A model generated the notes under the pieces. It had not been told where the DNA came from, did not search any database, and saw only the letters and a program-made list of their open reading frames with translations. From the NCBI GenBank assembly GCA_951406725.2, contig OX597816.1, positions 138,198,001 through 138,262,000 of the forward strand: a stretch of 64,000 bases of DNA, written 5' to 3'. Positions 28,884-41,122 of this stretch are shown here, piece after piece. Each line of letters starts with the position of its first letter. Position 1 is the first letter of the stretch. Position numbers and translations under genes: made by a program. Origin of the DNA: Octopus vulgaris (lineage: Eukaryota).

Positions 28884-29101
28884 ACTGCTCGGAGTTGAAT
28901 TCGGTATCTTGGGGTCAGTAGCCCGCGCTCTTAACCACTACGCCATATGCCCACAAGTTCTTTCAGTTTCTGTCTACCAAATCCAGTCACAAGGTGTTGC
29001 GCGGTCGGACGCTACAGTAGAAAACTCTTGTGCAAGATGCAACTCAGTAAACCTGGAACTATGATTCGATAGCAATTTTCTTACCACAGAGCTACGCCTG
29101 T
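28884..29101 (-). mobile_element. tRNA-like SINE head plus decayed family B fragment
   Basis: Minus strand gggcatatggcgtagtggttaagagcgcgggctac at 28884-28954, next to ttcagtttctgtctaccaaatcc. Confidence 0.6.
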
Positions 29102-30600
29102 GACCGTGTTTAACTATCAATGATGTAGATTTATTGTTAGTTAGGAACCATCTCTTTCTTATAAGAACCATTCAAGGGCAAAGCAACAACGAAGATGTAC
29201 GTCCTAGGCAAAAGTCAATATTTTCATATTTTAATTTCTCAGGCTTGTCGTCGTATAAAAACATACGTTCGGTGCTGCCTCGCTTTGTACAACGCTGGTT
29301 ATATTTTCACCTTTAATTTTCAATAATTTCGTTTATCAGTTCATTAATATGTTTGACGAATCAATACAGGAAGAAATGATTGATTTAGTGGATAGGAAAT
29401 GAAGTTTGACAGCTACGTTAATGCTGTTTGCATTTATTGATTTCTGTACGTTTATTGTGATTTATAGAGCAGATATTGATTTATAGATTGATTTATATAG
29501 TTCTTAATTTAACTTTTAATTACTGTTCAATAATTCAGTGTTCAGAGTTGTTGAGTTGCAAATTACACCGTTGGCCTGTTGACTTCCTACAGTCTCCCGA
29601 TACAGAATTATATTGATTTTCAGGCACGCTTCACACACGCACTAACTCACACACTCACGAATACACCCACCCAACTCCACACACATACACACATTTACAC
29701 ATAGTATGTTTGTGTCTGTGTGCTTGCGCATGTCTGTATACTTGTCTACGCAACTCTTTAGGCCAGTATGCGTATATCTGTTAACGCAAGTACTACTTCA
29801 ACAAGAATGGAGGAGCCGTGTCCGTACCTGTGTAGCGAATGAACGTTAAGCACTTAGTTGATTTTGTTTCAGAGACAGGTTTGATTCAAGGTTGCAGGTT
29901 TATTTTATTTATTTATTTATTTATTTGTTTTGTTTTGTTACTTCTATAAGTATTTCTACAACAGGCACCAGGCCTAAAATTCTGTTGTGGGAGACTAGTC
30001 ACCCCAGTGCTCTATCGTTTCCGAAAAAACGAAAGGCTGGGTCGACTTCGGAGAAATTTGAACTCAGAATGTAAAGTCAGCTAAGCATTTTGTCTGGCGT
30101 GCTAACGATTTTGGCAGCTCAAACTCTTCCGGAAAAGTATATATAAACCACCAATTGTATTCCTCTTCAGTGTTGTGTCTTATGATTACTCAACTATTCA
30201 TGGATGTCCCCAGACGCTGAAGCTGAAGTCAAACTACCAGTTGTGTTTATGTCATTAGTGCATGATATAAATAAATAACATGTTTGTTCCGTCCATCAAC
30301 ATTCTGAGGCTAAATTTTGACGCGATCAGCTTTAGTTTTGAGCCATCTGAAGTCGTATTAACTAAATTGAGTACCAGTATTCTATCAACAGAACCTCGTA
30401 TCATTTTATATTAAATTGACGGTTCAAAAATATGTTAGCCGAAATACATGCAACAGATGTTCAACATGGATGGTAAAAATTGTTGTTTAAGTGTATGGAA
30501 AATTTCATTAGAGCAGTGTACGAAAGATGAGAGGGGTTCCAGATTGTGCTGATTGAGCGAGAGAGAAACTTCCAGTTATTTTTTCATAAAAACGTGAGTG

Positions 30601-30995
30601 AGGCACAGGAGTGGCTGTGTGGTAAATAGCTTGCTTACCAGCCACATGATCCCGGTTTCAGTCCCATTGCGTGGCACCTTGGACAAGTGTCTTCTATAGC
30701 CTCGTGAGTGGATTTGGTATACGGAAACTGGAAGGAGCCCGTCGTATATGTATATATATATATGTATGTGTATGTGTGTGCATATGTTTGCATGTCTGTG
30801 TTTGTCCTCTCAACATTGCTTGACAACCGATGCTGGTGTGTTTACATCCCCGTAACTTAGCGGTTTGGCAAAAAAAAGAGACCGATAGAATAAATACTAG
30901 GCTTACAAAGAATAAGCTCTGGGGTCGATGTACTCGACTAAAGGCGGTGCTCCAGCATGGCTGCAGTTAAATGACTGAAACAAGTAAAAGAGAAT
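30601..30995 (+). mobile_element. SINE family B, full length
   Basis: Matches 14081-14495. Other partial minus-strand copies at about 34033-34196, 35388-35590, 47110-47270, 54945-55090, 55716-55880 and 60895-61075. Confidence 0.88.
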
Positions 30996-31184
30996 AAATA
31001 GAGAGTAAGTGAGGGGAAGAGAGAGTGCCAATTTGTATTTGACAGTATGTGAACTTCATTTTGTGGTAATTTGAAGCAGCAGTGAGTTTTACTAAGAATT
31101 AAAGAAGAATGGAAAAGCTTCAGTAGTGTTTTGGACTTGGAGGGCTCCAATTATTGTTGACTGGAAGGACAAAGAGGGACAGGG

Positions 31185-31260
<76 letters not shown>

Positions 31261-31279
31261 ACGCGCGTGTGCGTGTTTA

Positions 31280-31555
31280 CGAGGGGGAGCTGAACAGTTC
31301 CTGGTTTTGAGTAAAGTTTAAGCCTAATACTTATTTTATCGGTCTTTTTTGCCGAACCGCTAATTTACGGGAACGTAAACACACCAGGAGAATAAGTTAA
31401 TTACGATTTTATTCAACATATTGTCTTCTCAGATTCATACACTTATTGCAGCGGTTCTTCACTGTTCCTACGCCCTGTAAAAGAACTTGGAAGGTTGGAT
31501 CTCCAGCCAAGCTTTTCGCGACACTCTTAAAATCAGGAAACTTTCATCCTCCTCG
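31280..31555. mobile_element. Mariner-derived MITE
   Basis: TA-cgagggggagctgaacagttcctggtttt ... aaaatcaggaaactttcatcctcctcg-TA, i.e. imperfect TIRs with TA flanks. Confidence 0.65.
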
Positions 31556-31586
<31 letters not shown>

Positions 31587-33422
31587 TCGTATGCAGATTT
31601 ATATATCAGTATAAAGAGCCAGCCTTCACCTGCGAGGACTATGACTTGATGATATATACCATGCTTCGCTAATTGTTATAGGTACCTACATAGTCGCGAG
31701 CAGGCATAGACTGGAAGAACATGAAACGAAATGCTATGGTCAGGAACACAACCCGCTGCCCAGTACAGCTATTGCACCTACAACCTTATGTTCTTTTTCT
31801 TTCATCTAGGTTTGTTTCCAGTTCTGTTTTGTAATGGGGTGCAATAGACACTTACTGAATAGGCATGCTCAAGTGTTTTAAATTTTTTGCCTGATGTCAA
31901 TGTTTGAAGCACGATGTTTTCGACTTTTAAGCTTACATTGAAATTTATATATTTCAGATAACATTGGTTGTCTATAAGTTTTTGGGTATGTTTTGGTGGG
32001 AAAGTTTTAATTCTGGTGTAAAAGAGCCACTAACAACCAAATATTTTTCGGTTCATTTTCTTGAAAATGTTAATGGCCTTTGGAAAATTAATCTAGAGAA
32101 AACTTTAAAGGAATAAATAAGTAAATATGAAAATATAAATTCATGAAAAGTGGTTAAACGTAAACACCGTCCTATCTCTAATATATATTTGAAAGTAAAA
32201 CTATTCCCTATGTCCGCACGCACGCACATACTCTCTTTTTCACACACACATACACACACACACCACACATACACACACATACCACATACACACACACACA
32301 CCACATACACACACACCACCCACACACACACACGTATACGCATGTACAGTCGTACATACAGTTATAGTTGCAAGCGGTACCAGTGGAAATTACATAGTGT
32401 AAATCAGCATATTTGAATATCTACTTGCCCTTCTGTCGACGTATATATCTGCCTACTTTCACAATACTGATTAACATTTGAAATTGACAACAAAAATTAT
32501 GGCGGTGTCGCAGTATGACCACATCCTTTGGTCTGGAACACGTAAAAGATGAAAGTCTAACAGGCATAGCTTTTTGCTAACCAAGGTTATTTCACAGTAA
32601 TTTAACTATCGACATACTTTTTAAATTTATAGATCCTCATGAGATTGTGTCATTACATTAGATATTTCGAGTGTGCATGCGATTTGAACACGCAAATGCA
32701 GAATAATATAGACCTTCTCTCCCTTTCTCCCTTTGTCTTCTTCCCCCCTCTCTCTCTCTCTCTCTCTCTTTTTTCTCGTGTTTTTACTTCAATTTTTCAC
32801 TCAGTGCTCTATTTCCGTTACCCCTTTGTCTCCTCTCCCCTCTCTCTCTCTCTCTCTCTCTCTCTCAATATATCTTTTGTCATTCAAGTTATTACTTGCC
32901 TTGGCGTAACACACGGACAAAGCAGCCAGGACGCAGGAACGAGAAGAATAAAATTATAATTGGACCAAAGCAATCCTTCTACTATCCATTTAAGAATTTT
33001 TCTACCCATTTAAGAACCTTGATTCGTACCAGTGATAATTATGTGTCGTTGACGTTATAAGAATTTATAAACGATAGAGAGCGTTAAAACATTTCCTTTT
33101 GGGACATTGGATCTCGAAGAACACTCACCCCATCAAATAGTCGTTGTTTGAAGAGGTGCACTGTGGACCATGCGTCAGGTGTTCAAGGGATCGTAGAGCA
33201 ACGGAAGACGAAGTATTTTGCTCAAGAACACAAAGCCCCACCCGGTCTGGGAACTGAAATCACGATCGCTAGAGCAATACCCTAACAACTAAGCCATGCG
33301 CCCTCACTATATATACATATATATATAAGGTTAATCCAAACGGGAAAACAGAAAAAACAACAACACGTGGAACAATTACAGTATTATTATTATTAGGCGC
33401 TCAGGAAAATGGAAGAAGGAGG

Positions 33423-33457
33423 GTATGACGTTTCGAGCGGAGCTCTTCGTCGGAAAC
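33423..33457 (-). ncRNA. Minimal hammerhead-like motif in a Penelope-type repeat remnant
   Basis: Minus strand guuu-CCGACGA-a-GAGC-ucc-GCUC-GAAA-C-GUC-auac. Stem III is the palindrome ACGU; stem I has one mismatch. Confidence 0.55.
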
Positions 33458-34846
33458 ATAGGAGAAAGAAAGATCCCGAGACGGGAGGACAGAGGAAAAA
33501 AAAATTGCTGGTAGTCTTCACGAGGTCACATACTGAAAAGACGGAAGTTGTAAAAAAGGAGGAAAATGTTTTTTAAAAACAGGAGAGCTGAATCAAAGAG
33601 GGAATGGTAAAAAAGGTGTGCGAGAAAACGAGGGTGTGTGTATGTGTGTGTGCGTGTGTGTGTATGTGTATGTATGGTGGACAGTGGCTAGTAGCGGGCA
33701 GTAGTAGAGTTAAAGGAATGTGTGGGGGTACCCTAGCAAGTGAGAAAGGCAGGTCAGAAACAGGGAGGTATGTGTGTGTGCGTATCTAATTCTTATGCTT
33801 TCCTAAAACTTAATTTCGAAACGTACGTCCGTAGGTGATGATCGATTGTCGTCATTTCTTTCTCTCTTGCCTGTCTGTGTTTGCCTTTCAAGTGCTGTGG
33901 TTTTACTGAGATCTCCCTTTTAGTAGAAAGAATAGCTATAACTCTTTGACTGCTATTTCTAAATTCGGTGTGTGGTGAGGCAAATCGTTGGCACCTAAAC
34001 CCTTAATTACTATATATATATATATACATATATACGACGGGCTTCTCTCAGTTTCTGTCTACCAAATCCACTCACAAGGCTTTGGCCGGCCCGAGTCTAT
34101 TGTAGAAGACACTCGCCCAAGGTTCCACGCAGTGGGAATGAACCCGGAACCATGTGGTTGGTAAGCAAGCTACTTACCACACAGCCACTCCTGCGCATAT
34201 ATATATTAATTTTTTTTAAATTCATTAACTTATAATTTTTTAATCTCTTAATTTTTAAAGTTCTTTTTAATTTAATTAAAAAGACTATTTGGTCTTCAAT
34301 TGTATTTGGCTTTTAAAATAAATCTATGTAATTTTATATTATATTGGTTCTCTCTTCACATTTCTCCCTCTATTTCTAAAGTTCAAGCTTACCAAAATTT
34401 TCTCAACTTTCCCATCATAATATAAGTACTGTCGATTATTCATTCATTCTTCTGATACAATTCCCTACAGATGACTAAATATTAAAGATTTAAGATGATC
34501 ATGAAAGTAAGCGGCCCCTATCAAATTTCAACACAATATCTGGATAGCAATTTACCTGAAGACCATGCAAGTGTTTTCGTGTATAATGAACCAATTACAA
34601 ACATTAATGTCCTTATGACTATCCCTTCTTCAATTTTGGCCATCCTCTGCCCTTTTTCCTATTGAATGACTCCCCTCCTCTATTCTTTCTATTCCTCCCA
34701 CTCTTTCCTTCACTTCGTTTTAGTCCTTCTTTTCCAAAATCCACACTATTCTTCTCCTTTCCTCTTTATTTCAATTCCACTTGCCTTATACTGATTCATA
34801 TTGCTTCTCTTTGCTCCAGTACCATACTTGGTTCGAGGCAGAAATG

Positions 34847-34952
34847 ACTCTAACGAAAGTAGCAGCCATTTTCTAAGTCGACCAATTTTTCTCAACCTAT
34901 CATTGGGTCAACTGAGTAAACCTAGCAATAACTACCAGAAACAGCTGTAAGT
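34847..34952 (+). ncRNA. Decayed hammerhead with long stem II insertion
   Basis: acu-CUAACGA-(aaguag...~80 nt...cuacca)-GAAA-CAGCUG-UA-agu. Stem III is the palindrome ACAGCUGU; the core has G5>A. Confidence 0.4.
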
Positions 34953-35615
34953 AAAATTTACTACAATAAACAAAAATATGCAATGACCATTATTTATGCT
35001 TTATCTTATATATATATATGTGTATGCAGATGTGTGTGTGTGTGTGTGTGTGTGTTTGCGCGTGTGTGTATCTACGTATGAATGTATATATATATGCGCG
35101 TGCACACACATATACACTTAAGTATATGGCTGACAATTGATTATGACCATTATTTCGGCAAAGATGACTGTGTGTTTGTGTGTGTGTGTATGTATGTGTG
35201 TTTGTGTGTATTTGTGTGTGTGTTGTGTGTGAGTAGACATATATATAAAGAGAGAGAAAGAGAGACAAACAGACAGACAGTGATAGAGAGAGAGAGACAG
35301 ACGCATACGCATCTTTCTACCTGTCTCTCTCTCTCTACCTATCTTTCTTCCTTTTATTTTTATTCTTTTATAATTTTTGTTTAAGTCAGTTTAAGCCTAA
35401 TACTTATTTTATCGATCTTTTTTGCCGAACCGCTAATTTACGGGAACGTAAACACACCAGCATCGGTTGTCAAGCGGTGATGGGCAGGGGAACAAACTCA
35501 AACTCAAAGGTACACGCACACAAGGCTATAGTAGAAGAGATTTGCCCAAGGTGCCATGCAGTGTGACTGAACCCGGAACTATGTGGTTGGGAATAGATGA
35601 TTTATTCATTGCACC

Positions 35616-35678
<63 letters not shown>

Positions 35679-35681
<3 letters not shown>

Positions 35682-36950
35682 GGTGCAATGAATAAATCAT
35701 CTAAATTGCCCAAAAATGAAAATAACGCCGACATCTCATTTTAACAGATATATTTACCAAAATTACATAAAAATATCTTGGAATACTAAAGACTAAATTT
35801 ATTCAATAAATACGCCATTGGCTTCAACCACAGCCTCCAGACGACATCAGATTATCTTCTGGACGTTCTCCTTGTTTAAGTTGAATGCTGCCATAATCCT
35901 TGACATCTGTTCATCTTTGGTGTTACAAGGAGTTTTGTTGGTCTCTCGCTCAACTGCGCTCCACATATAATAATCAAAGTGGTTGCAGTCTCGGGAGTTA
36001 AGTAATCAGATGTTAAGAATGATATGGTCGCAGAAATTGTCTGACAGCCATGGCTGGGTTCTCCTGCTTGTATGGCATGGTACTGAGTCCTGTTTACAGA
36101 CACAGGGTCTTCCAGCATCCACCATCTTGACCCAGGACAGTACTACCTCCTCTAGGCACTTGATGTAGGCCTCTGTGTTATGTCTGAAACAGTGTGGGAA
36201 GATGCATGAAAACATAACGTCGCCATCACTTGTGATCACTCCAAACATCAAGATGTTGACTGGATGTTTTATTTTTATCACTCTCGGTACATGTTTTGGT
36301 GACACAGCAAGCCAACCGTTGTTCTGTGTGTTCACCATTTGATCCTGGGAGAAACTTTTCACTTCTGAGAAAGACCAAAGCATGTTTGGTTGAAGGGGAT
36401 GCTTGAGTTTGTTCAAAAGCTTCGTAGCGCGGTTTTTCCTCTTATCCTTGATGGCTTGGGATAAAAATTGGCCTTCTCACATCTTGTATGATGAATACCG
36501 AATGTCTTCATGCACTACCTGCCAGATAAGAAACTCAGACACTCCCCTTCCCCTGCCAATGGACCTGATTGACCTGAAGGGATTGTTGTTAATCATGGCC
36601 TGGATTTCACCAACAAATTCAGGATTTCTTTTCTTATCACAACGATCAGAGAGAGTCTTTCGAGCTGCCGTACCTTCGTAATTACCATTAGACTCATCCT
36701 TTTGACTGCCCTCAGATTGATACCCAAATACTCTGAATGTTCATATTGGAGCTTCCGGCGCGAATGCCATGCAGTACAGTATGTCGTTTGCAAATTTCTG
36801 GCAGAGTGAATTGTGTCATGGTGCTGTTTTTCTCACAGACGGTGCCCAACTGACCCTACTACACTGTATATTCAACAAAATCAAAACTAACAATGCACGT
36901 GCGCGAAATTAAAAATATAATATGGTGACAATTTACTGATCACAGTCTGT
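35679..36950 (-). mobile_element. maT-family (DD37D) transposon, decayed
   Basis: WSFSEVKSF, ILMFGVI and KQDSVPCH...NSRDCNHFDYYMW, with 37 residues between the last two aspartates when one stop is read through. TA-cag ends with degenerate TIRs. Confidence 0.8.
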
Positions 36951-37417
36951 ATATATACATATACAGGTATATATGTATATATGTATATAAATGTGTGCAT
37001 ATACACATGCATACCTACATGCATATACAACAATTCATTAACCCAAGCATAGTATTGACTGTGAGTTTGAAATTTCGACATGTTAGGCCATCATCATGCT
37101 GTACCCGATTATAACTTAGCAGGCTGATTCTTCGAAATTTCTATTAATACTATTCGTGTAAAAGAGCAATAAATATGTACTCAACAAAAAATAATGAGTA
37201 ATCGTTCAATATAAAATTGCTTTTATTTCACTTAAAAACAAACAAACACTAACATAAGTATGTGTGTGTGTGTGTTGCGTCTCTGTAGGTTTGTGACTGT
37301 GCGCGAGTATAAATGGATATCTATGTGCATGTATATATATATATACATGCATATATGCACCTTTATATGAATATGCATGTATATATATACATACATATAT
37401 AGAGAGATTATATTTAC

Positions 37418-37462
<45 letters not shown>

Positions 37463-37471
37463 GAAGCCTAC

Positions 37472-37714
37472 TATATGTTGCTTTAATAACATCGTATTGT
37501 CCAGAGCTGTGTTGTCAATCGAACGTAGGCCACGTGATTGTTGCATGCCATCGAGGAATTGGTAAACAGCTCTGGTTGTCTAGCCACACATGACGTATGT
37601 GCAGGCATGCAACCTAATCCTTTGCCTCTTATTTCTCAGCTTTCAGGCGCATACGACGGAGGTTGTCCGGTCCCTGTGGACGACGGAGTATTTCTCTGCT
37701 GCAATTCTTTACAA
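37472..37714 (-). other. Candidate exon (unique GC-balanced island)
   Basis: ttattacag acceptor and weak gtaggc donor. The 3' part reads AVYQFLDGMQQSRGLRSIDNTALDNTMLLKQHI, but no frame is open across the whole interval. Confidence 0.15.
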
Positions 37715-38401
37715 CTGTAATAAATCATAGTTGCCATCGAAAACGGACAGATAATGTGTACAAAAGTCCGATCTAAGAGATACTACTGCCATTCAGTGCC
37801 AAATATCAATATTTATGTCGATACACAGAATACAAAAACGAAGAGAAACCAAAAGAAAAATAATAGACAATAATAAAAAAAAAAAGTATATAGATAAAAG
37901 ATAGATAGACAGAAAGAGACAGCAAAATCGGGAGAGCGAGAGAGAAAGAGAAGGAGTGAGGGGAAGAGAGGAAGAGAGAGGGATGCAGCATTGTGTAAAT
38001 ACATGCAATGAAATACTATTGTATGAATTATGGTTCTGATGTGTTATAGGCGAAATAGGCTGTTATAAAAGCTAAGGCAAAGTATCTTTGATACAGTTCC
38101 CTGTTGGATATTTCCATCAATAGAAATAAAATGCCGGCCACATTTTTAATGCCAAACCAATTACTAACATTTACAATACTTACGATCTTTTCTCTTCTGG
38201 CTGGAATTTCACCAGTTCTTTAGATACGGCTTCTATCGACATTGATGGTGTTCAAGTTGTCATCCGTGTATACAATCTTCCTACTTCGCAAACAGTAGCG
38301 TTTTTTTATACTTATACATAGAAATACATAGATATGCTCTATTATGCATGGGAACTTACACACACATTCACAAATATTTAAGAAGTCTCTCTGTGTTTAA
38401 G

Positions 38402-38458
<57 letters not shown>

Positions 38459-38529
38459 TTATATATATACATGTATGTATTTATGTACGTGTGTGTGTGT
38501 CTCTCTCTCTCTTTCTTTCTCTCTCTTTT

Positions 38530-38601
<72 letters not shown>

Positions 38602-38602
<1 letters not shown>

Positions 38603-38840
38603 TTTATTTAAAGCAGCAGAAAATTCAACAAAACCTGTTACTCTGAGTTTCCCGTTGCTGTTCATCGGACAGCTTTTGCTAGAATTCTAGATTCTAGCAA
38701 AAACAGTCCGATGAACGGCAACGGGAAACTCAGTGTAACAGGTTTTGAATTTTCTGCTGCTTTAAATAAAGCATATTACTCTACTACTGGTATTTGAGTA
38801 CTCTTTTTTCCACCTTGTTTCACATTTATGTGTTTACTCC

Positions 38841-38842
<2 letters not shown>
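38602..38842. mobile_element. Penelope-type inverted pseudo-LTR remnant with two opposed hammerhead motifs
   Basis: Palindrome 38602-38771, each arm carrying CCGAUGA..GAAACUCAG(A/U)GUA-ACAG. The plus arm continues through AATAAA to 38842. Confidence 0.7.
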
Positions 38843-38920
<78 letters not shown>

Positions 38921-39625
38921 CACGCATACACATATACATATACATACATGTTTGTGCGTGATATAGTCATACAATGGTAATATATCGTGACTTGAAACAC
39001 CATGCCCAACAGTACTGGATAATAACCAGACAACAAAGAATATAATCGCTTGTGGAAACTGGGACATATGTTGTATAATGCTATCATATAATGAGTTTTG
39101 AAGATATCACAAGAATCTGAACTCATAACATATTCATTAAAGATTGATGGGTGTGATTTTTCCCATTCTTTTGTTTCAAAATAATGAGAAGAGACTTATG
39201 AGATATTGCTAGCTTACTTAAGTAACTTTTAACACAACTATTGTATATTTGCCAGTCACAAACTTGCTTTTTCTCTCCTCCATGTCTCTTCTTTCTTTTT
39301 TTTATTTTAACGTCTCGATAGGACATATCTTACGTCTCCAACCTCTGTCCAAATCCATGATCGATATGAGGATACATCCACAGACACTTCCATAATTTCA
39401 ACTTTATTTACATTTCAGACTCATTATTATATACAGGCTTATTCATAAATCTGTTACACAGTCATTCCTCATAAGCTCGCTATATTATATGGAGCAATTT
39501 TAAGAGAATTTACTCACCCCTAATAATAAACATTAATATATAGTGAGTTGTACTCTTTATAAACCCATGAACTAATGCCAGAGACTACATAAGTTATTGA
39601 AATGAATCCACTTCACCAATATTTC

Positions 39626-39721
<96 letters not shown>

Positions 39722-39734
39722 AAAAAGACCTATA

Positions 39735-39892
39735 AACTTCGCCTCATAGGCCCTGTTTCCCGGTTTCTGTGGCGTATGTGTCCCCTCCAGCTGGACGGGA
39801 CGCCAGTCCATCGCAACGTTACTCAAGAAACAGGAAGAGAGAGTGAGAGAAAGTTGTGGCGAAAGAGTACAACAGGGGTCGCCACCACCCAC
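39735..39892 (-). mobile_element. SINE fragment related to family D
   Basis: Shares gaaacaggaaga..gagtgagagaaagttgtggcgaaagagtacaacagggg with 27740-27800. Confidence 0.65.
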
Positions 39893-40014
39893 TGTGTGTG
39901 TGTGTGTATGTGTGTGTATACAAACATACATACATACATGTATATGTGTGTGTATAGTGAACAGCTACTGTATGCATACAGTAAAAGCCTAACCACTAAC
40001 CACTCCACACACAA

Positions 40015-40047
<33 letters not shown>

Positions 40048-40060
40048 AATACATATAAAT

Positions 40061-40103
<43 letters not shown>

Positions 40104-40170
40104 GACCATTGCGCCGGTGTGAGTGCCACACACAAACACATGAAATAGACACACACACACACACACATAT

Positions 40171-40202
<32 letters not shown>

Positions 40203-40809
40203 ATACGAACATACATACATACATACATGCATATGTGTGTGTGTGTGTAGTGAACTGCTAATGTATGCATACATTGAAAGTTCACTGTAGTTGTGCATAT
40301 ATATATATATATATACGTTTATTTATTTGTTTTGCAAATTCTTGATCTTCGCTGTGTTCGACAATGTATATATAGTCGCGCAATTAACTACCTTCTCATT
40401 ATCTTCTCACCGGATTAGCATATATGTGGTTGAGTATTTCGCGAACATGTGTTCCTTCAAAGTAATCTTAATGCAGAATCAGAATGACGCGCAATGCGAA
40501 AGAGGTTGAACTTTGAATTAAAAGTACAGTCCATAGGCAGGCTTCCACACAATTTCCGTCACTACCCAATTTCATTCACACGAGTTACATCGACCCGAGA
40601 GAATGATAAAAAAAGTCACTCGTCCAACCTTTCATGCATATGAACCCGTGAACTCATGATTGTGAAATGGGTTTCTTAAGTGTTCAGCAATGCTGCTTCC
40701 GTTCGTATATCAACATGTGTGCATATATGTGTGTTTACACTATATACACCATTACTCAGTATACATACATGTATACTTAAATACATACACACACACATAT
40801 ATATATGCG

Positions 40810-40871
<62 letters not shown>

Positions 40872-41064
40872 ATACATATATGTATTGTGAATATTGAGTA
40901 ATATATATATATTCACACACATAAATACGAAAACAGGAATTTATGTATAAAAATGTAATAATAATATGAATGATAATCTATATTAACACGAAGTCAGGAG
41001 ATTGCTGCACTAGAGATGTCAGGTTCAATTAGGGTATGCATACAGTAGCAGTTCACTATGATTA

Positions 41065-41122
<58 letters not shown>

